This document shows, piece after piece, positions 8,553 to 19,389 of a stretch of 35,312 nt of DNA (within the stretch, counting starts at the first letter, position 1; every line of letters starts with the position of its first letter). This DNA is from an uncultured Muribaculaceae bacterium. Lineage in GTDB: Bacteria; Bacillota_I; Bacilli_A; RF39; UBA660. The notes below the pieces were generated by a model that saw only the letters and a list, made by a program, of their open reading frames with translations, was not told where the DNA came from and did not search any database. Both the position numbers and the translations under genes were made by a program. The stretch is taken from NCBI GenBank assembly GCA_964440405.1, contig CAYTSB010000003.1, forward strand, positions 1 to 35,312, written 5' to 3'.

Positions 8553-10664
8553 TTAGTTTTTAACTGTCAAATGGTTAATATTTCTTAAACCATATTTTTG
8601 ATATTCTGATTTAGCAATAATATCATTAATTTGATTTTGATCTTTTAGTTTTAAATATACTTTTAAATATGTTTTAACTCCTTCTAAAGAAATAGTTTCG
8701 TAGTTAATGACTTTGTTTATTCTACTTAACAGTTCTTTAGTTAAAAAATTATTATCTTTTTTTAAAGTATTATTAAATCCAACTATTTCCTGATTGTTTT
8801 TATTTGCAGTTATAATAATTAATTTATTATTAAAATGAATGATTTCTCCCTTAGCATCTTTAATATAGCCTTCATCTAAAATATTTAGAAATAAATTTAA
8901 GACTTTTTTAGAAGCTTTATCTATCTCATCAATTAAGATAATCTGTTTGTTGTTAATATTCGATAAAATATGTTCATCATTATATCCGACATATCCTTGA
9001 CTGGTTCCAATTAATTTAGATATTGACACCTCATTATTAAATTCATTCATATCAATTTTAAGTAAAGAATCCTTACCAAAGGAATCAGCCAGCACTTTAG
9101 CAGTATGAGTTTTACCACAGCCGGTTGGTCCCGTAATTAGTATTGATATCGGCTTATTAGAAGAATGGTTTTTTATTGCTTCTAAAATTTCATATTTACT
9201 GTTTTGTTCAATAATATTATTTTTTAAATCTTTTCTTAATTTTCTAATAATTCTATTTTTATCTTCTAATAAATTAAAACTCACTTTATTACTAATAACT
9301 TCTAAGATATCACCTTTGTGAATACTTAAATATTTATTAGCTTTTTTATTAGCAATTTCTTTTATTATTTTCTGCTCTTCATCTTTCAATTTAACTGCCT
9401 GCTCATAATTATTATTTAAAATGCTTCTGGTTTTTTCTAAAATTATTCTATTTAGAGATTCTTTCTGTTCTTCTAAAAAAATATCCTTTTTAATTCTTAA
9501 TTTTACTTTAGCACAAACTGAGTCTAAAATATCAATGCATTTATCGGGATTGCATTTATCAAATATATATTTATTGGCAAGAGTAACAATGTCATTTATG
9601 TTTTTATTAGATATTTTAACTTGATGATGGTTTTCATAACTTGATTTAATTCCTTTTAAAATTTTAATGGTTTCTTCAAGATCAGGTTCATCAACATTAA
9701 TAATCTGGAATCTCCTATCTAAAGCTTTGTCTTTAAAAACACTTTTACGATATTCTTTGACTGTAGTTGCGCCGATACATTTAATATCACCGCGAGCCAG
9801 ATATGGTTTTAAAATATTAGAGGCATCAATCGCTCCTTCTGCACCGCCCGCTCCAACTAAAGTATGAATTTCATCAATAAATAAAATAATATTGTCATTT
9901 TCTTTAACTTCATCGATTATTTTAGTTACTCTTTCTTCAAATTCACCGCGATATTTAGTTCCTGATACTAAAAAACTCATTTCCAGCATGACAATATTTT
10001 TATTTAACAACTCTTTAGGAACCTGATTGTTAATAATTCTTCTAGCAAGTTCTTCAATAATTGCAGTTTTACCGACCCCAGCTTCGCCAATTAAAAGAGG
10101 ATTGTTTTTGTTTTTACGAAGTAATGTTTCAATAATATTATTTATAATCTTATCTCTTCCAATTACCTTATCATTAACATCCACTTTATTATTTAAAACA
10201 TTACCTATTTCATAAACCAATAAATTATTTTGTTTAGGTTTGATTTTTTGATTTTTTAGTTTTTGATATAAAAGATCAATATTAATATTCATACCAATCA
10301 TTAATCTTAAAGCAATCCCTTCACCTTCTTCTAAAATAGCCAGAAAAAGATGAGTTGGAGTAACCGTACCATTATTATTTTCTTTAGCATCACTTAAAGC
10401 TATATCAATGACTCTTTTTAATAATGGTGTATATAAAATTGTACTGGATTTCTTGGTGCTTTTACCAACAATATTAATTAACTCATCTTTAAACAGATTA
10501 TAAGTCAAATTATAACTATTTAAAATACCTACTAATTCATCATTACTGTTTAAAATACTTAAAAGTAAATGCTCACTACCAACATAGGGGTGATTTAAAC
10601 TCAGCATCTCCGCTTCAGCATTTTTAAATATCTTGGCAACACCAATTCCAAAGTTATGAAACAT
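8553..10664 (-). CDS. clpC: ClpC/ClpE-like class III AAA+ chaperone ATPase (compact, 703 aa)
   Basis: - Clp_N-like N-terminus ([19 protein letters not shown]).
- D1 Walker [10 protein letters not shown] and Walker B ILFIDEIH.
- UVR-like linker ([16 protein letters not shown]).
- D2 Walker [10 protein letters not shown] and Walker [10 protein letters not shown].
- ClpP-docking VGF tripeptide (QEIVGFNN). Confidence 0.85.
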   Translation of the reverse strand: MFHNFGIGVAKIFKNAEAEMLSLNHPYVGSEHLLLSILNSNDELVGILNSYNLTYNLFKDELINIVGKSTKKSSTILYTPLLKRVIDIALSDAKENNNGTVTPTHLFLAILEEGEGIALRLMIGMNINIDLLYQKLKNQKIKPKQNNLLVYEIGNVLNNKVDVNDKVIGRDKIINNIIETLLRKNKNNPLLIGEAGVGKTAIIEELARRIINNQVPKELLNKNIVMLEMSFLVSGTKYRGEFEERVTKIIDEVKENDNIILFIDEIHTLVGAGGAEGAIDASNILKPYLARGDIKCIGATTVKEYRKSVFKDKALDRRFQIINVDEPDLEETIKILKGIKSSYENHHQVKISNKNINDIVTLANKYIFDKCNPDKCIDILDSVCAKVKLRIKKDIFLEEQKESLNRIILEKTRSILNNNYEQAVKLKDEEQKIIKEIANKKANKYLSIHKGDILEVISNKVSFNLLEDKNRIIRKLRKDLKNNIIEQNSKYEILEAIKNHSSNKPISILITGPTGCGKTHTAKVLADSFGKDSLLKIDMNEFNNEVSISKLIGTSQGYVGYNDEHILSNINNKQIILIDEIDKASKKVLNLFLNILDEGYIKDAKGEIIHFNNKLIIITANKNNQEIVGFNNTLKKDNNFLTKELLSRINKVINYETISLEGVKTYLKVYLKLKDQNQINDIIAKSEYQKYGLRNINHLTVKN

Positions 10665-10668
10665 AAAA

Positions 10669-10705
10669 AATCCTCCTTATAAATTCTATGTTTATAATGA
10701 GGATT
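10669..10705 (-). terminator. Bipartite hairpin: SDR terminator whose 3' arm contains the clpC SD
   Basis: Minus strand AATCCTC-a-TTATAAA-catagaa-TTTATAA-g-GAGGATT, then TTTT and the ATG at 10664. 7+7 bp with one A/G mismatch. AAGGAGGA (10671-10678) is inside the 3' arm. Confidence 0.5.
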
Positions 10706-10721
10706 ATTTAATAATTTTATT

Positions 10722-11519
10722 CTACTTATTTTTACTTAGTTGAATTTTAGCGACTATTTTTAATTGTAATTTATAAGGAACAAAGCGCAGAAAGAAAATC
10801 GCAAGTTTATTTTGAAAACCAGGAATAATGATTAATTTATTTTTAAACATCTTATTAACGGCATAAACAGCCACTTCTTTAGAACTCATTCCTTTAAGTA
10901 TAAAGCCGCCCCTAGCAACTTCATTAAATTCAGTTTTAACCGGTCCAGGACACAAAGCACTAATGTGGACATTGCTATTCTGTTCTTTTAATTCTTCATA
11001 AATAGCCATCGTTAATTTCAAAACATAATTTTTAGTGGCATAATAAGTATTTAAATGTGGACCAGACATAAATCCGGCCATACTAGCAACATTTAAAATA
11101 TAACCGCTATTTCTTTTAACAAAATCTTTTAAATATAATTTAGTTAAAATATGAACAGCTTTAACATTAGTATCAATCATCTTTAATTCAGTGTCTAAAT
11201 CCGTTTTATTAAATACTCCAAATAATCCAAACCCGGCATTATTTATTAAAATATCAATATTATCGTTCTTAGTTAGGTCATAAAGACGATATAAATTCTT
11301 TTCTACAGATAAATCCATATCAATGATTTTAACTTTAGTTTTTAATCTTTTTTGTAAATCCTCTAATCTTTCTTTTCTTCTTGCTACCAGGATTAGATCA
11401 TAACCAAGTTCACTTAGTCTTCTGGCCATATCTTTTCCTATACCTGAACTTGCTCCGGTAATTAATGCAATCATATCTCTTTTTAATTCCTTTCTATATG
11501 TTTTTATTTCTATTTGCAT
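10722..11519 (-). CDS. Short-chain dehydrogenase/reductase (SDR) family oxidoreductase
   Basis: TGASSGIGKDMA (TGxxxGxG), NNAG, and YxxxK as YYATK. The start may be the internal ATG at 11474 (MIALITGASSGIG). Confidence 0.85.
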   Translation of the reverse strand: MQIEIKTYRKELKRDMIALITGASSGIGKDMARRLSELGYDLILVARRKERLEDLQKRLKTKVKIIDMDLSVEKNLYRLYDLTKNDNIDILINNAGFGLFGVFNKTDLDTELKMIDTNVKAVHILTKLYLKDFVKRNSGYILNVASMAGFMSGPHLNTYYATKNYVLKLTMAIYEELKEQNSNVHISALCPGPVKTEFNEVARGGFILKGMSSKEVAVYAVNKMFKNKLIIIPGFQNKLAIFFLRFVPYKLQLKIVAKIQLSKNK

Positions 11520-11599
11520 TATAATACATTTATATCAATTTATAAAGTTATTACATCATAGAACTTTTTATTTTGTAAATTTATTACAGTTGATTTTAA

Positions 11600-13549
11600 T
11601 TAGTTATTACCTTTCATTTCAAATAAGATATCTCTTAGTTCCATAGCTCTTTCAAAATCTAAATTTTTAGCAGCTAGTTTCATTTCTTCTTCAATCTCAA
11701 TCATTATCTCGTTTTTCTCTTTTTTTGATAGTTTTTCTTTCTTTTGAACTTTGTTTTCAACTTCATTTGATATTAATTCTCTAATTTCTTTTTGAATAGT
11801 TCGAGGCGTAATATGATATTCTTCATTATGCCTTTCCTGAATTTGTCTTCTTCTAGCTGTTTCATTAATAGCTTTAGTCATTGCTTCACTTATTTTATCA
11901 GCATACATAATAACATGCCCGTTAGCATTTCTAGCACATCTACCGATAATTTGAATTAAACTGCGATCGCTTCTTAAAAATCCTTGTTTATCAGCATCTA
12001 AAATACAGATTAAACTAACTTCGGGAAGATCTATTCCTTCTCTTAAAAGATTAATCCCAACTAAAACATCATATTTGCCAAGACGTAAATCTCTAATTAT
12101 TCTTAATCTTTCTAAAGTTTTTATTTCGCTATGTAGATAAGCAACTTTAATATTATATTCTTTTAAATAATTACTTAATTCTTCAGCCATTCTAATTGTT
12201 AAAGTGGTAATTAAAACTCTTTCATTATTTTCTATACGCTTATTTATTTCATTCATAATATCATCAATCTGGCCTTTAGAAGGTTTAATTTCAATTGTTG
12301 GATCTAATAAACCAGTAGGTCTGATAATTTGTTCTACAATTTCACCTGATTTATCAAGTTCATATTCACTAGGTGTTGCTGAAACATAAATAACTTGATT
12401 GATTTTATTCTCGAATTCTGTAAATTTTAAAGGACGATTATCCAAGGCACTTGGTAAACGAAATCCATAATCAACTAGTGTTTGTTTACGGGCTCTGTCC
12501 CCGTTATACATTCCTCTAACCTGTGGCAAAGTAACATGAGATTCATCAACTATCAACAAGAAATCTTTTGGAAAAAAATCCATTAAGGTGGTTGGAGTTT
12601 CTCCTTCTTCTCTTAAAGCCAAATGTCGAGCATAGTTTTCGATACCACTGCAAAATCCTGTTTCACGAAGCATTTCCAAATCATAATTAGTTCTTTCTTT
12701 TAATCTTTCGTGAGCAACTAATTTATTATCTTTTTTTAATATTTCCAGTCTATGTTCTAATTCTTTTTCAATATTTACAATCGCTTTTGCTAACTTATCA
12801 CTGCTGGTTACAAAGTGACTGGCAGGAAAGATTGAAATGTTTTTTAAATCTTTAATATTTACTCCAGTTAAAGGATCAAAAGTATTTATTCTTTCTACTT
12901 CGCTACCAAATAAAGAAATTCTTATGCCTTCACTTTTATAGTTAGCTTGAATAATTTCAATAGTATCACCTTTAACTCTAAAAGTTCCACGATGAAGATC
13001 AAACTCACTTCTTTCATAAGTCATATCGATTAGCTGATTTAATATATCATTACGACTTTTTTTATCGCCGACACTTAAAACAAGCATGTTTTTAATATAT
13101 TCTTCCACTTCACCAATACCATAAATACATGAAACACTGGCGACAATAATGGTATCTTTGTTATTAATAATTGAACTGGTGGCCGCATGTCTTAATTCAT
13201 CTATTTCATCATTAATTGAAGAGTCTTTTTCAATATAGGTATCACTAGAAGGAACATATGCTTCTGGTTGATAATAATCATAATATGATACAAAATATTC
13301 CACATGATTTTCGGGAAACAATTCTTTTAATTCAGAATAAAGCTGTCCAGCTAAAGTTTTGTTATGGGCTAAAACTAAAGTTGGTTTTTGAACTTTTTCA
13401 ATAACATTAGCAATCGTAAAAGTTTTACCAGTACCAGTTGCTCCTAATAAAACTTGATCTTTTTTACCATTGTTAATACCATCAACCAACTCGCTTATAG
13501 CCTGAGGCTGATCGCCTTTTGGTTCATACTTTGATACTAGTTTAAACAT
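11600..13549 (-). CDS. uvrB: Excinuclease ABC subunit B
   Basis: [10 protein letters not shown] Walker A, helicase motifs (DESH, RSxRSLIQxxGRxAR-like [16 protein letters not shown]), C-terminal UVR motif [18 protein letters not shown]. Confidence 0.97.
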   Translation of the reverse strand: MFKLVSKYEPKGDQPQAISELVDGINNGKKDQVLLGATGTGKTFTIANVIEKVQKPTLVLAHNKTLAGQLYSELKELFPENHVEYFVSYYDYYQPEAYVPSSDTYIEKDSSINDEIDELRHAATSSIINNKDTIIVASVSCIYGIGEVEEYIKNMLVLSVGDKKSRNDILNQLIDMTYERSEFDLHRGTFRVKGDTIEIIQANYKSEGIRISLFGSEVERINTFDPLTGVNIKDLKNISIFPASHFVTSSDKLAKAIVNIEKELEHRLEILKKDNKLVAHERLKERTNYDLEMLRETGFCSGIENYARHLALREEGETPTTLMDFFPKDFLLIVDESHVTLPQVRGMYNGDRARKQTLVDYGFRLPSALDNRPLKFTEFENKINQVIYVSATPSEYELDKSGEIVEQIIRPTGLLDPTIEIKPSKGQIDDIMNEINKRIENNERVLITTLTIRMAEELSNYLKEYNIKVAYLHSEIKTLERLRIIRDLRLGKYDVLVGINLLREGIDLPEVSLICILDADKQGFLRSDRSLIQIIGRCARNANGHVIMYADKISEAMTKAINETARRRQIQERHNEEYHITPRTIQKEIRELISNEVENKVQKKEKLSKKEKNEIMIEIEEEMKLAAKNLDFERAMELRDILFEMKGNN

Positions 13550-13585
13550 ATAATTGCTCCTTCCTATAAATCATTTTAATAATAT

Positions 13586-13617
13586 ATTCTATCATTTTTA
13601 CCTATTAAAAATAAGAT
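13586..13617 (-). promoter_or_regulatory. Promoter candidate for uvrB (extended -10)
   Basis: Minus strand TGaTAGAAT (TAGAAT = 13586-13591), weak -35 TTATTT. AGGAAGGAG SD precedes the ATG at 13549. Confidence 0.3.
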
Positions 13618-13689
13618 AACTCCTTAAAATTACCTTGCGATAATACAGTTTTTTTATACTAAAAATTTATGTTTCTTTGATTTGTTTTT

Positions 13690-13977
13690 CTAAACTTTTT
13701 TGGATTTTTTATTTTTAATAACATCAAATATAATTGATGCTATTAAAGAAACCACTGCCCCAACAAAAGTAAACATAGCAACTATAAAGTTAGCCAAATC
13801 TTCAAACCCTTCACCGGTACCACTTTGCGCTATTGCTATAAAATATATTGTTAAAATCACAAGACATAAGACAAAAATATATTTAAGCCATTTTGGCTTT
13901 AAAAATTTATCAATTAGCCATACTATTCCTGTTACTATTACTCCTATAATTAAAAACAATAAAACCACTTTTTCCAT
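13690..13977 (-). CDS. Small integral membrane protein (95 aa, three hydrophobic segments)
   Basis: ORF with three TM-like stretches and a Lys-rich C-terminus. Its ATG overlaps the TAA of the upstream sORF (TAATG). Confidence 0.6.
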   Translation of the reverse strand: MEKVVLLFLIIGVIVTGIVWLIDKFLKPKWLKYIFVLCLVILTIYFIAIAQSGTGEGFEDLANFIVAMFTFVGAVVSLIASIIFDVIKNKKSKKV

Positions 13978-14147
13978 TATCCCCTCTTTTTTCTATCCTT
14001 TATTAAACCAATAAAAATTAATATTATGGCAATTATAGCAATTGGCGTATAGATATAGTCGGGTATTTTTAATATAAATCTAGTAACTACTGATGCTATA
14101 ATATAAATCAAAATCCCTATTGTAGCAAATTTATTTCTTTCATTCAT
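13977..14147 (-). CDS. Small membrane protein sORF (56 aa), below the ORF-track cutoff
   Basis: Hand translation MNERNKFATIGILIYIIASVVTRFILKIPDYIYTPIAIIAIILIFIGLIKDRKKRG*. AAAAGGAG SD 8 nt upstream. Two hydrophobic helices. Stop overlaps the next ATG. Confidence 0.45.
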   Translation of the reverse strand: MNERNKFATIGILIYIIASVVTRFILKIPDYIYTPIAIIAIILIFIGLIKDRKKRG

Positions 14148-14227
14148 GGTTTGTACTCCTTTTTCAGTTTTTCGAAATCAATTCATTTTGTTATATACTC
14201 CATATTCTTATAGCAATATGTTTTAAA

Positions 14228-14893
14228 CTAATCTTTTCTTCTACCTATTAAAAATAATCTTAGCATCTGAGCAATAGTTGCAAGTGTTCCCGCAACATAA
14301 GTCCATGCTGCTGCGGTTAAAACTGAATGGACGCCTTCTATTTCTTCCTTGTTAACAAGTTTATGTTTTTTTAATTTTTCCTTTGCCATTTTAGAAGCAT
14401 TAAATTCAACTGGTAAAGTAATAATTTGAAATATCAATCCTACTCCTACTAAAGCAATTCCCAGATAAATAAGTTGTAAAAATTCACTTAAGAAACCTAA
14501 TAAAATTACTATATAAGCAAACCTAGAACAAATATTAACAATTGGAAAAATAAAATTTCTAACTCTTAAAAATAAATATCCCTCTTTATCCTGAATGGCA
14601 TGTCCACATTCGTGAGCAGCCACTGCTAAAGATGCAATGCTGTTATCGTGGAAAATATTTGTTGATAATCTGACCACCTTTCTTTTGCTGTCATAGTGAT
14701 CACTTAAACTGCCTTTAACTTCAACAATGTGAATGTCTTGTAAGTTATTTTCATCAAGTATTTTTCTAGCGACTTCAAAGCCGCTTAATTTTTTATCATT
14801 ATCAACTTGAGAATATTTTTTATATTTTGATTGAATAATTAATGATGCTGCTAATGGCAAAAATACAATTATTAAGATTAATGCTATATCCAT
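14228..14893 (-). CDS. Membrane zinc metallopeptidase (YugP-like, Zn_peptidase_2 family)
   Basis: N-terminal TM, HECGHAIQ (HExxH) motif, C-terminal TM segments. The SD AAGGAG lies inside the end of cysS. Confidence 0.85.
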   Translation of the reverse strand: MDIALILIIVFLPLAASLIIQSKYKKYSQVDNDKKLSGFEVARKILDENNLQDIHIVEVKGSLSDHYDSKRKVVRLSTNIFHDNSIASLAVAAHECGHAIQDKEGYLFLRVRNFIFPIVNICSRFAYIVILLGFLSEFLQLIYLGIALVGVGLIFQIITLPVEFNASKMAKEKLKKHKLVNKEEIEGVHSVLTAAAWTYVAGTLATIAQMLRLFLIGRRKD

Positions 14894-14896
14894 TTT

Positions 14897-16285
14897 CTAC
14901 TCCTTTACTTTATAAGTTGTTCCGTCTTTTGTATCAAGTAATTCAATATTTAATAATAGTAATTCATTTCTAATTTGATCTGCTAAAATATAATCTTTAT
15001 TTCCTTTAGCAGCTTTTCTCTCTTCAATTTTACTCAAAATAAATTCTTCATTTTCTATTTTACTCTCTTTTAATAAATCTAAACTTAATACTTCATCAAA
15101 AGATTTAATCAATTCTCTTTTTGTAATATCATTTACTTCCTGATCTTTTAATAAATCATAAATTAAAGTAATGGTATTAGCAGTATTTAAATCATCTTCC
15201 AAATATTTCTTAAATTCATTTTTATATTTATTAAATGGTTCTTCTTCTATTTCACCATCTTTTGCTAGAGCCAAACATTTATTTTTTAATTTTTTATAAG
15301 CAGTATCAGCACTATCCATTGCTTCAAAACTAAAGTTAAGTTGCTTATGATAGTAGGAATTAATAATAAAATATCTAAAACTTAGCGGATTGTAACCCTC
15401 ATTTTTTAAATCACTGATTCTAGTGATATGGCCCTTTGATTTGCTCATTTTTATACTACCAGTTAAAAGCCATGATAAATGAACAAAATAATTACACCAT
15501 TTATGACCTAGATAAGCTTCACTTTGAGCTATTTCATTAGTATGATGAGGAAATACTGCATCCTCAGCGCCGAAATGTATGTCTAATTTATCTCCTAAAT
15601 ATTTTATTGCTATCCCACTACATTCAATATGCCATCCAGGAAAGCCTCTGCCCCATGGTGAATCCCACTGTAATTCCTGATTACCAAATTTAGAATTAGT
15701 AAACCATAAGACAAAATCAGCTGAATTTTTTTTATATTCATCTTCTTCGACACCATCCCTTGAAGCAACTACTAAATCCTCTTCTTTTTTTCCTGACAAA
15801 CTGTAATAATTTTTATATTTAGATGTGTCATAATAAACATTGCCATTAGCAATGTAAGCATAATCATTAGCTAATAATTTGGTAATTAATTTAATATACA
15901 TTTCTATCTCAGCACTGGCATTAATAACAATATCCGGCTTTCTAATATTGACCAAATCACAGTCTTCAAAGAAAGCATTAGTATAAAATTCAGCTATTTC
16001 TTTAGAAGTCTTATGTTCTCTAGCCATAGCTACAGCTATTTTATCTTCGCCAACATCACCATCACTTTGTAAATGACCAACATCGGTAATATTCATTACT
16101 CTTTCTACCTTATAACCTAAATATTTAAAAGCTTTTTCAAACAAATCTTCAGCAATATAAGTTCTAATGTTTCCCAAATGAGCATAATGATAGACCGTTG
16201 GCCCACAGGTATAAACTTTCAATATTCCTTCTTCGTTAGGAATAAACTCTTCTATTTTTTTAGTTAGAGTATTATATAATTTCAT
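14897..16285 (-). CDS. cysS: Cysteine--tRNA ligase
   Basis: CGPTVYHYAHLGN (HIGH-type), KMSKS present, WHIECS zinc-site motif. Confidence 0.97.
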   Translation of the reverse strand: MKLYNTLTKKIEEFIPNEEGILKVYTCGPTVYHYAHLGNIRTYIAEDLFEKAFKYLGYKVERVMNITDVGHLQSDGDVGEDKIAVAMAREHKTSKEIAEFYTNAFFEDCDLVNIRKPDIVINASAEIEMYIKLITKLLANDYAYIANGNVYYDTSKYKNYYSLSGKKEEDLVVASRDGVEEDEYKKNSADFVLWFTNSKFGNQELQWDSPWGRGFPGWHIECSGIAIKYLGDKLDIHFGAEDAVFPHHTNEIAQSEAYLGHKWCNYFVHLSWLLTGSIKMSKSKGHITRISDLKNEGYNPLSFRYFIINSYYHKQLNFSFEAMDSADTAYKKLKNKCLALAKDGEIEEEPFNKYKNEFKKYLEDDLNTANTITLIYDLLKDQEVNDITKRELIKSFDEVLSLDLLKESKIENEEFILSKIEERKAAKGNKDYILADQIRNELLLLNIELLDTKDGTTYKVKE

Positions 16286-16294
16286 AATACCTCC

Positions 16295-17719
16295 TTATTT
16301 TAATTTTTTTAGCACTTCTTCTTGACCGATTAAAAATATTGTATTAGGAAGTTCTGGTCCATGCATTAAGCCACTGATTTTTATTCTGATTGGCATATAA
16401 AGCATTTTCCCTTTTTCGCCGGTTTTTTCTTTAACAATGTTAATTACTTCACCTATATTTAAAATATTCCATTCCTTTAATTTTGCTATTTCTTCTTTAA
16501 AGGTTTGTAATACTCTCTGAGCTATTTCATCGTCCAAAATATTTTGACTCTCTTCATTGACATCTAAATTTTCATTAAAGAATAATTTCACCTCATTAAC
16601 TATTTCTTTTCCATAAGCAATATGGTTTTGATAAGTTAGTAATAGAGTATTAATCCATTCTTCACTTTTATTTTTAAGATCATACTGAGCTTCTAAAAAA
16701 GGCCTAATCCATTTAAGATATTCTTCTTGAGATAACGCTTTAATATAGTGAGCATTTATCCAGTTTAATTTCTTTTTATCATAAGATGCTGGTGATTTAC
16801 TTATTTTAGAGGGCTCAAAATTTTGAATTAATTCTGCCATTGTAAATATTTCTTTATTATCAGGTGGAGCCCAACCTAATAAGGATAAATAATTAACGAT
16901 AGCTTCGGGAATATATCCTTCCTGATATAAATCCATAAATGAAGCGTCGCCATTTCTTTTAGACAGTTTATTACCGTCTTCTCCTAATACCATCGGTAGA
17001 TGAATATAAACCGGTGGTGTCCACCCAAATGCCTCATATAATAAATTATATTTAGGAGTCTGACTTAAATATTCGTTACCTCTGATAACATGAGTTATGT
17101 CCATCAGGTGGTCATCAACCACATTAGCAAAATTATAGGTCGGATAGCCATCACTTTTTAGTAATATTTGATCTTCCAAAACTTTATTTTGAACTCTAAT
17201 TTTACCGTAAACAACATCATCAAAAGAACTTTCACCAGCTTTAGGCATTATTTGTCTGATAACATACGGTTCGCCACTTTTAATCTTTTTTTCTATTTCT
17301 TCTTTAGAATATTTTTTACAATAGCCATCATACATAAATGGTTCTTTTCTTTTATTAGCCAATTCTCTTAAATTATTAAGTCTATCTTCATTACAAAAAC
17401 AATAATATGCAAATTCTTTTTCGACAAGTTTTAAAGCATACTCTTTATAAATATTTTTTCTTTCGCTTTGGATATAAGGGCCATATATTCCTTCGTTGCT
17501 TGGGCCTTCATCTATTTTAATATCGCATAAATTTAAGGTATTATAAATAAATTGGATTGCTCCATCCACTATTCTGGCCTGATCAGTATCTTCAATTCTT
17601 AAAATAAAATCGCCATTATTGTGCTTCGCAGTAATATATTCAAATATTGCTGTTCTTAAATTACCGATATGCATAAATCCGGTTGGGCTAGGCGCAAAGC
17701 GAGTTCTTGTCTTCATCAA
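16295..17719 (-). CDS. gltX: Glutamate--tRNA ligase
   Basis: RFAPSPTGFMHIGNLRTA, KLSKRNG, typical GluRS length. Confidence 0.97.
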   Translation of the reverse strand: MMKTRTRFAPSPTGFMHIGNLRTAIFEYITAKHNNGDFILRIEDTDQARIVDGAIQFIYNTLNLCDIKIDEGPSNEGIYGPYIQSERKNIYKEYALKLVEKEFAYYCFCNEDRLNNLRELANKRKEPFMYDGYCKKYSKEEIEKKIKSGEPYVIRQIMPKAGESSFDDVVYGKIRVQNKVLEDQILLKSDGYPTYNFANVVDDHLMDITHVIRGNEYLSQTPKYNLLYEAFGWTPPVYIHLPMVLGEDGNKLSKRNGDASFMDLYQEGYIPEAIVNYLSLLGWAPPDNKEIFTMAELIQNFEPSKISKSPASYDKKKLNWINAHYIKALSQEEYLKWIRPFLEAQYDLKNKSEEWINTLLLTYQNHIAYGKEIVNEVKLFFNENLDVNEESQNILDDEIAQRVLQTFKEEIAKLKEWNILNIGEVINIVKEKTGEKGKMLYMPIRIKISGLMHGPELPNTIFLIGQEEVLKKLK

Positions 17720-17771
17720 AAAACCACCATTTCATAATTAATTCTATCAAGAAATAGTGGTTTTGTAAATC

Positions 17772-19280
17772 TTATTCAAAATTTAAAATTTGATTAGTTT
17801 CTTTCATTTCGTCAGGTATTCTTATATCCATATATTTTAAAATAGCCGGAGCCACATTGGCTAAAGCGCCATCCTCTAAATTAACTTTTTCATCAGTAAC
17901 AATAAAAGGGACTTTGTTTAAAGTATGGCTAGAAATAACTTCGTTATTTGCTCCCAGCATTTCTTCAGCATTACCATGATCTGATAGAATAAACATCGTA
18001 TAAAAGTTTAATTCAGCAGCTTCCTTAATTTGACCTAGACATTCATCAACTTTTTCCAAAGCTTTAACTGTAGCATTGAAATCTCCAGTATGACCGAGCA
18101 TATCAGGATTAGCAAAATTAACTAAAATAAAGTCATAATCTTTATTCATGGCCATTAAAGTTTTTCTGCATACTTCTTCAGCGCTCATTTCAGGAGCTTT
18201 ATCATAAGTTGATACTTTTGGTGAAGGGACTAAAAAACGATCACAGTTTTCAATACTACCTTTGTAAAGTCCATCAAAAAAGTAAGTTACATGAGCAAAC
18301 TTCTCAGTTTCAGCAATTCTCGCCTGATTAAGTCCTAATTCTCCTAAATATTTACCTAGAGCGCCTTTAACTTCTTCAGTAGCAAATAAATAATTGCTGT
18401 TTACTGATTTATCTATATCATAAAAACTATATAATTTTAGATTAGGCATACTTTTAATCAAAAAATTATTAAATTCTCTGGTTGTTAAAGAACTTAAAAT
18501 TTGACGAGCACGATCTGCTCTAAAGTTAAACCATAAAACTGCATCTTTATCTTTAATAAGACCTTTTTGATTTAAAAGAATTGGTGGTAAAAATTCATCA
18601 GTTATTGCTTTTTTATAACAGCTGGTAATTGCTCTTTCCAAATCAAGAGCTGCATAACCAGAACCTCTAGTTATTAAATCATAATAAATCTTAGTTCTTT
18701 CCCACCTGTTATCGCGATCCATTGCATAAAATCGACCACAAACGGTTGCTATTTTAAAATTATTGGTATTTTCAATTAATTTATTAATTTTATTAATATA
18801 TTTCATTACTACTTCTCTGGAAGTGTCCCTGCCATCACTGATTACATGAATATAGCATTCTGGTAGATCAGCTTTCTTTAGTAAATTAATTAGTTCTTTT
18901 AGATGATCAATATGAGAATGAACCCCACCATCACTAACTAATCCCATTAAATGAAGAGGTACATTGTTTTGCTTAACATAATCAATCATTTCTAAATATT
19001 TAGAATTAGTATCAAAAGCCTTAGTTTCAAAATATTCATTTAGTTCAAGCAATTCTTGTTTAATAACTCTCCCTGCTCCAATGGTTTGATGTCCAACTTC
19101 ACTGCCACCAATTTGTCCTGCTGGAAGGCCAACTGCTTCAGCACTGGCTTCTAAGGTTGAATGAGGATAATTATCCCACAAATAATTAAAATTAGGTAGG
19201 TTGGCACTAGCTATGGCATTGCCATGTTTTTCTTCACGGCAGCCAAAACCATCTAAGATAATTGTAATAACTTTTTTCAT
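17772..19280 (-). CDS. gpmI: 2,3-bisphosphoglycerate-independent phosphoglycerate mutase
   Basis: ILDGFG N-terminus, SDGGVHSH, SDHGNAE metal-site motifs, about 500 aa. Confidence 0.97.
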   Translation of the reverse strand: MKKVITIILDGFGCREEKHGNAIASANLPNFNYLWDNYPHSTLEASAEAVGLPAGQIGGSEVGHQTIGAGRVIKQELLELNEYFETKAFDTNSKYLEMIDYVKQNNVPLHLMGLVSDGGVHSHIDHLKELINLLKKADLPECYIHVISDGRDTSREVVMKYINKINKLIENTNNFKIATVCGRFYAMDRDNRWERTKIYYDLITRGSGYAALDLERAITSCYKKAITDEFLPPILLNQKGLIKDKDAVLWFNFRADRARQILSSLTTREFNNFLIKSMPNLKLYSFYDIDKSVNSNYLFATEEVKGALGKYLGELGLNQARIAETEKFAHVTYFFDGLYKGSIENCDRFLVPSPKVSTYDKAPEMSAEEVCRKTLMAMNKDYDFILVNFANPDMLGHTGDFNATVKALEKVDECLGQIKEAAELNFYTMFILSDHGNAEEMLGANNEVISSHTLNKVPFIVTDEKVNLEDGALANVAPAILKYMDIRIPDEMKETNQILNFE

Positions 19281-19357
19281 ATTTTCACCTTACATATCAG
19301 TATAATAACATATAACAAGCAGTAAAAGCAATTAACTTTAATTTTACATTTGAACAT

Positions 19358-19389
19358 AAAAAAACTAAAATCTAACTATAGATTTTAGT
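19358..19389 (-). terminator. Rho-independent terminator of spo0A
   Basis: Minus strand ACTAAAATCTA-tagt-TAGATTTTAGT (11 bp) followed by TTTTTT. The stem overlaps the spo0A stop codon. Confidence 0.7.

Noticed and set aside
13550-13689. LexA (Cheo) box upstream of uvrB, and a CtsR operator upstream of clpC (10665-10721)
   Set aside because: No CGAAC...GTTCG-like element occurs in the uvrB upstream region, and no GGTCAAA direct repeat occurs in the clpC gap.
13700-14014. 104-aa plus-strand ORF opposite the small membrane-protein genes
   Set aside because: It is the mirror frame of two minus-strand ORFs that have SDs, TM-helix periodicity and a TAATG coupling junction. The plus ORF has no SD and would be the only other plus-strand gene.
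17720-17771. T-box leaders upstream of gltX, cysS or asnS
   Set aside because: The upstream gaps are 52, 9 and 1 nt, far too short for a T-box. No specifier or terminator-antiterminator architecture is visible.
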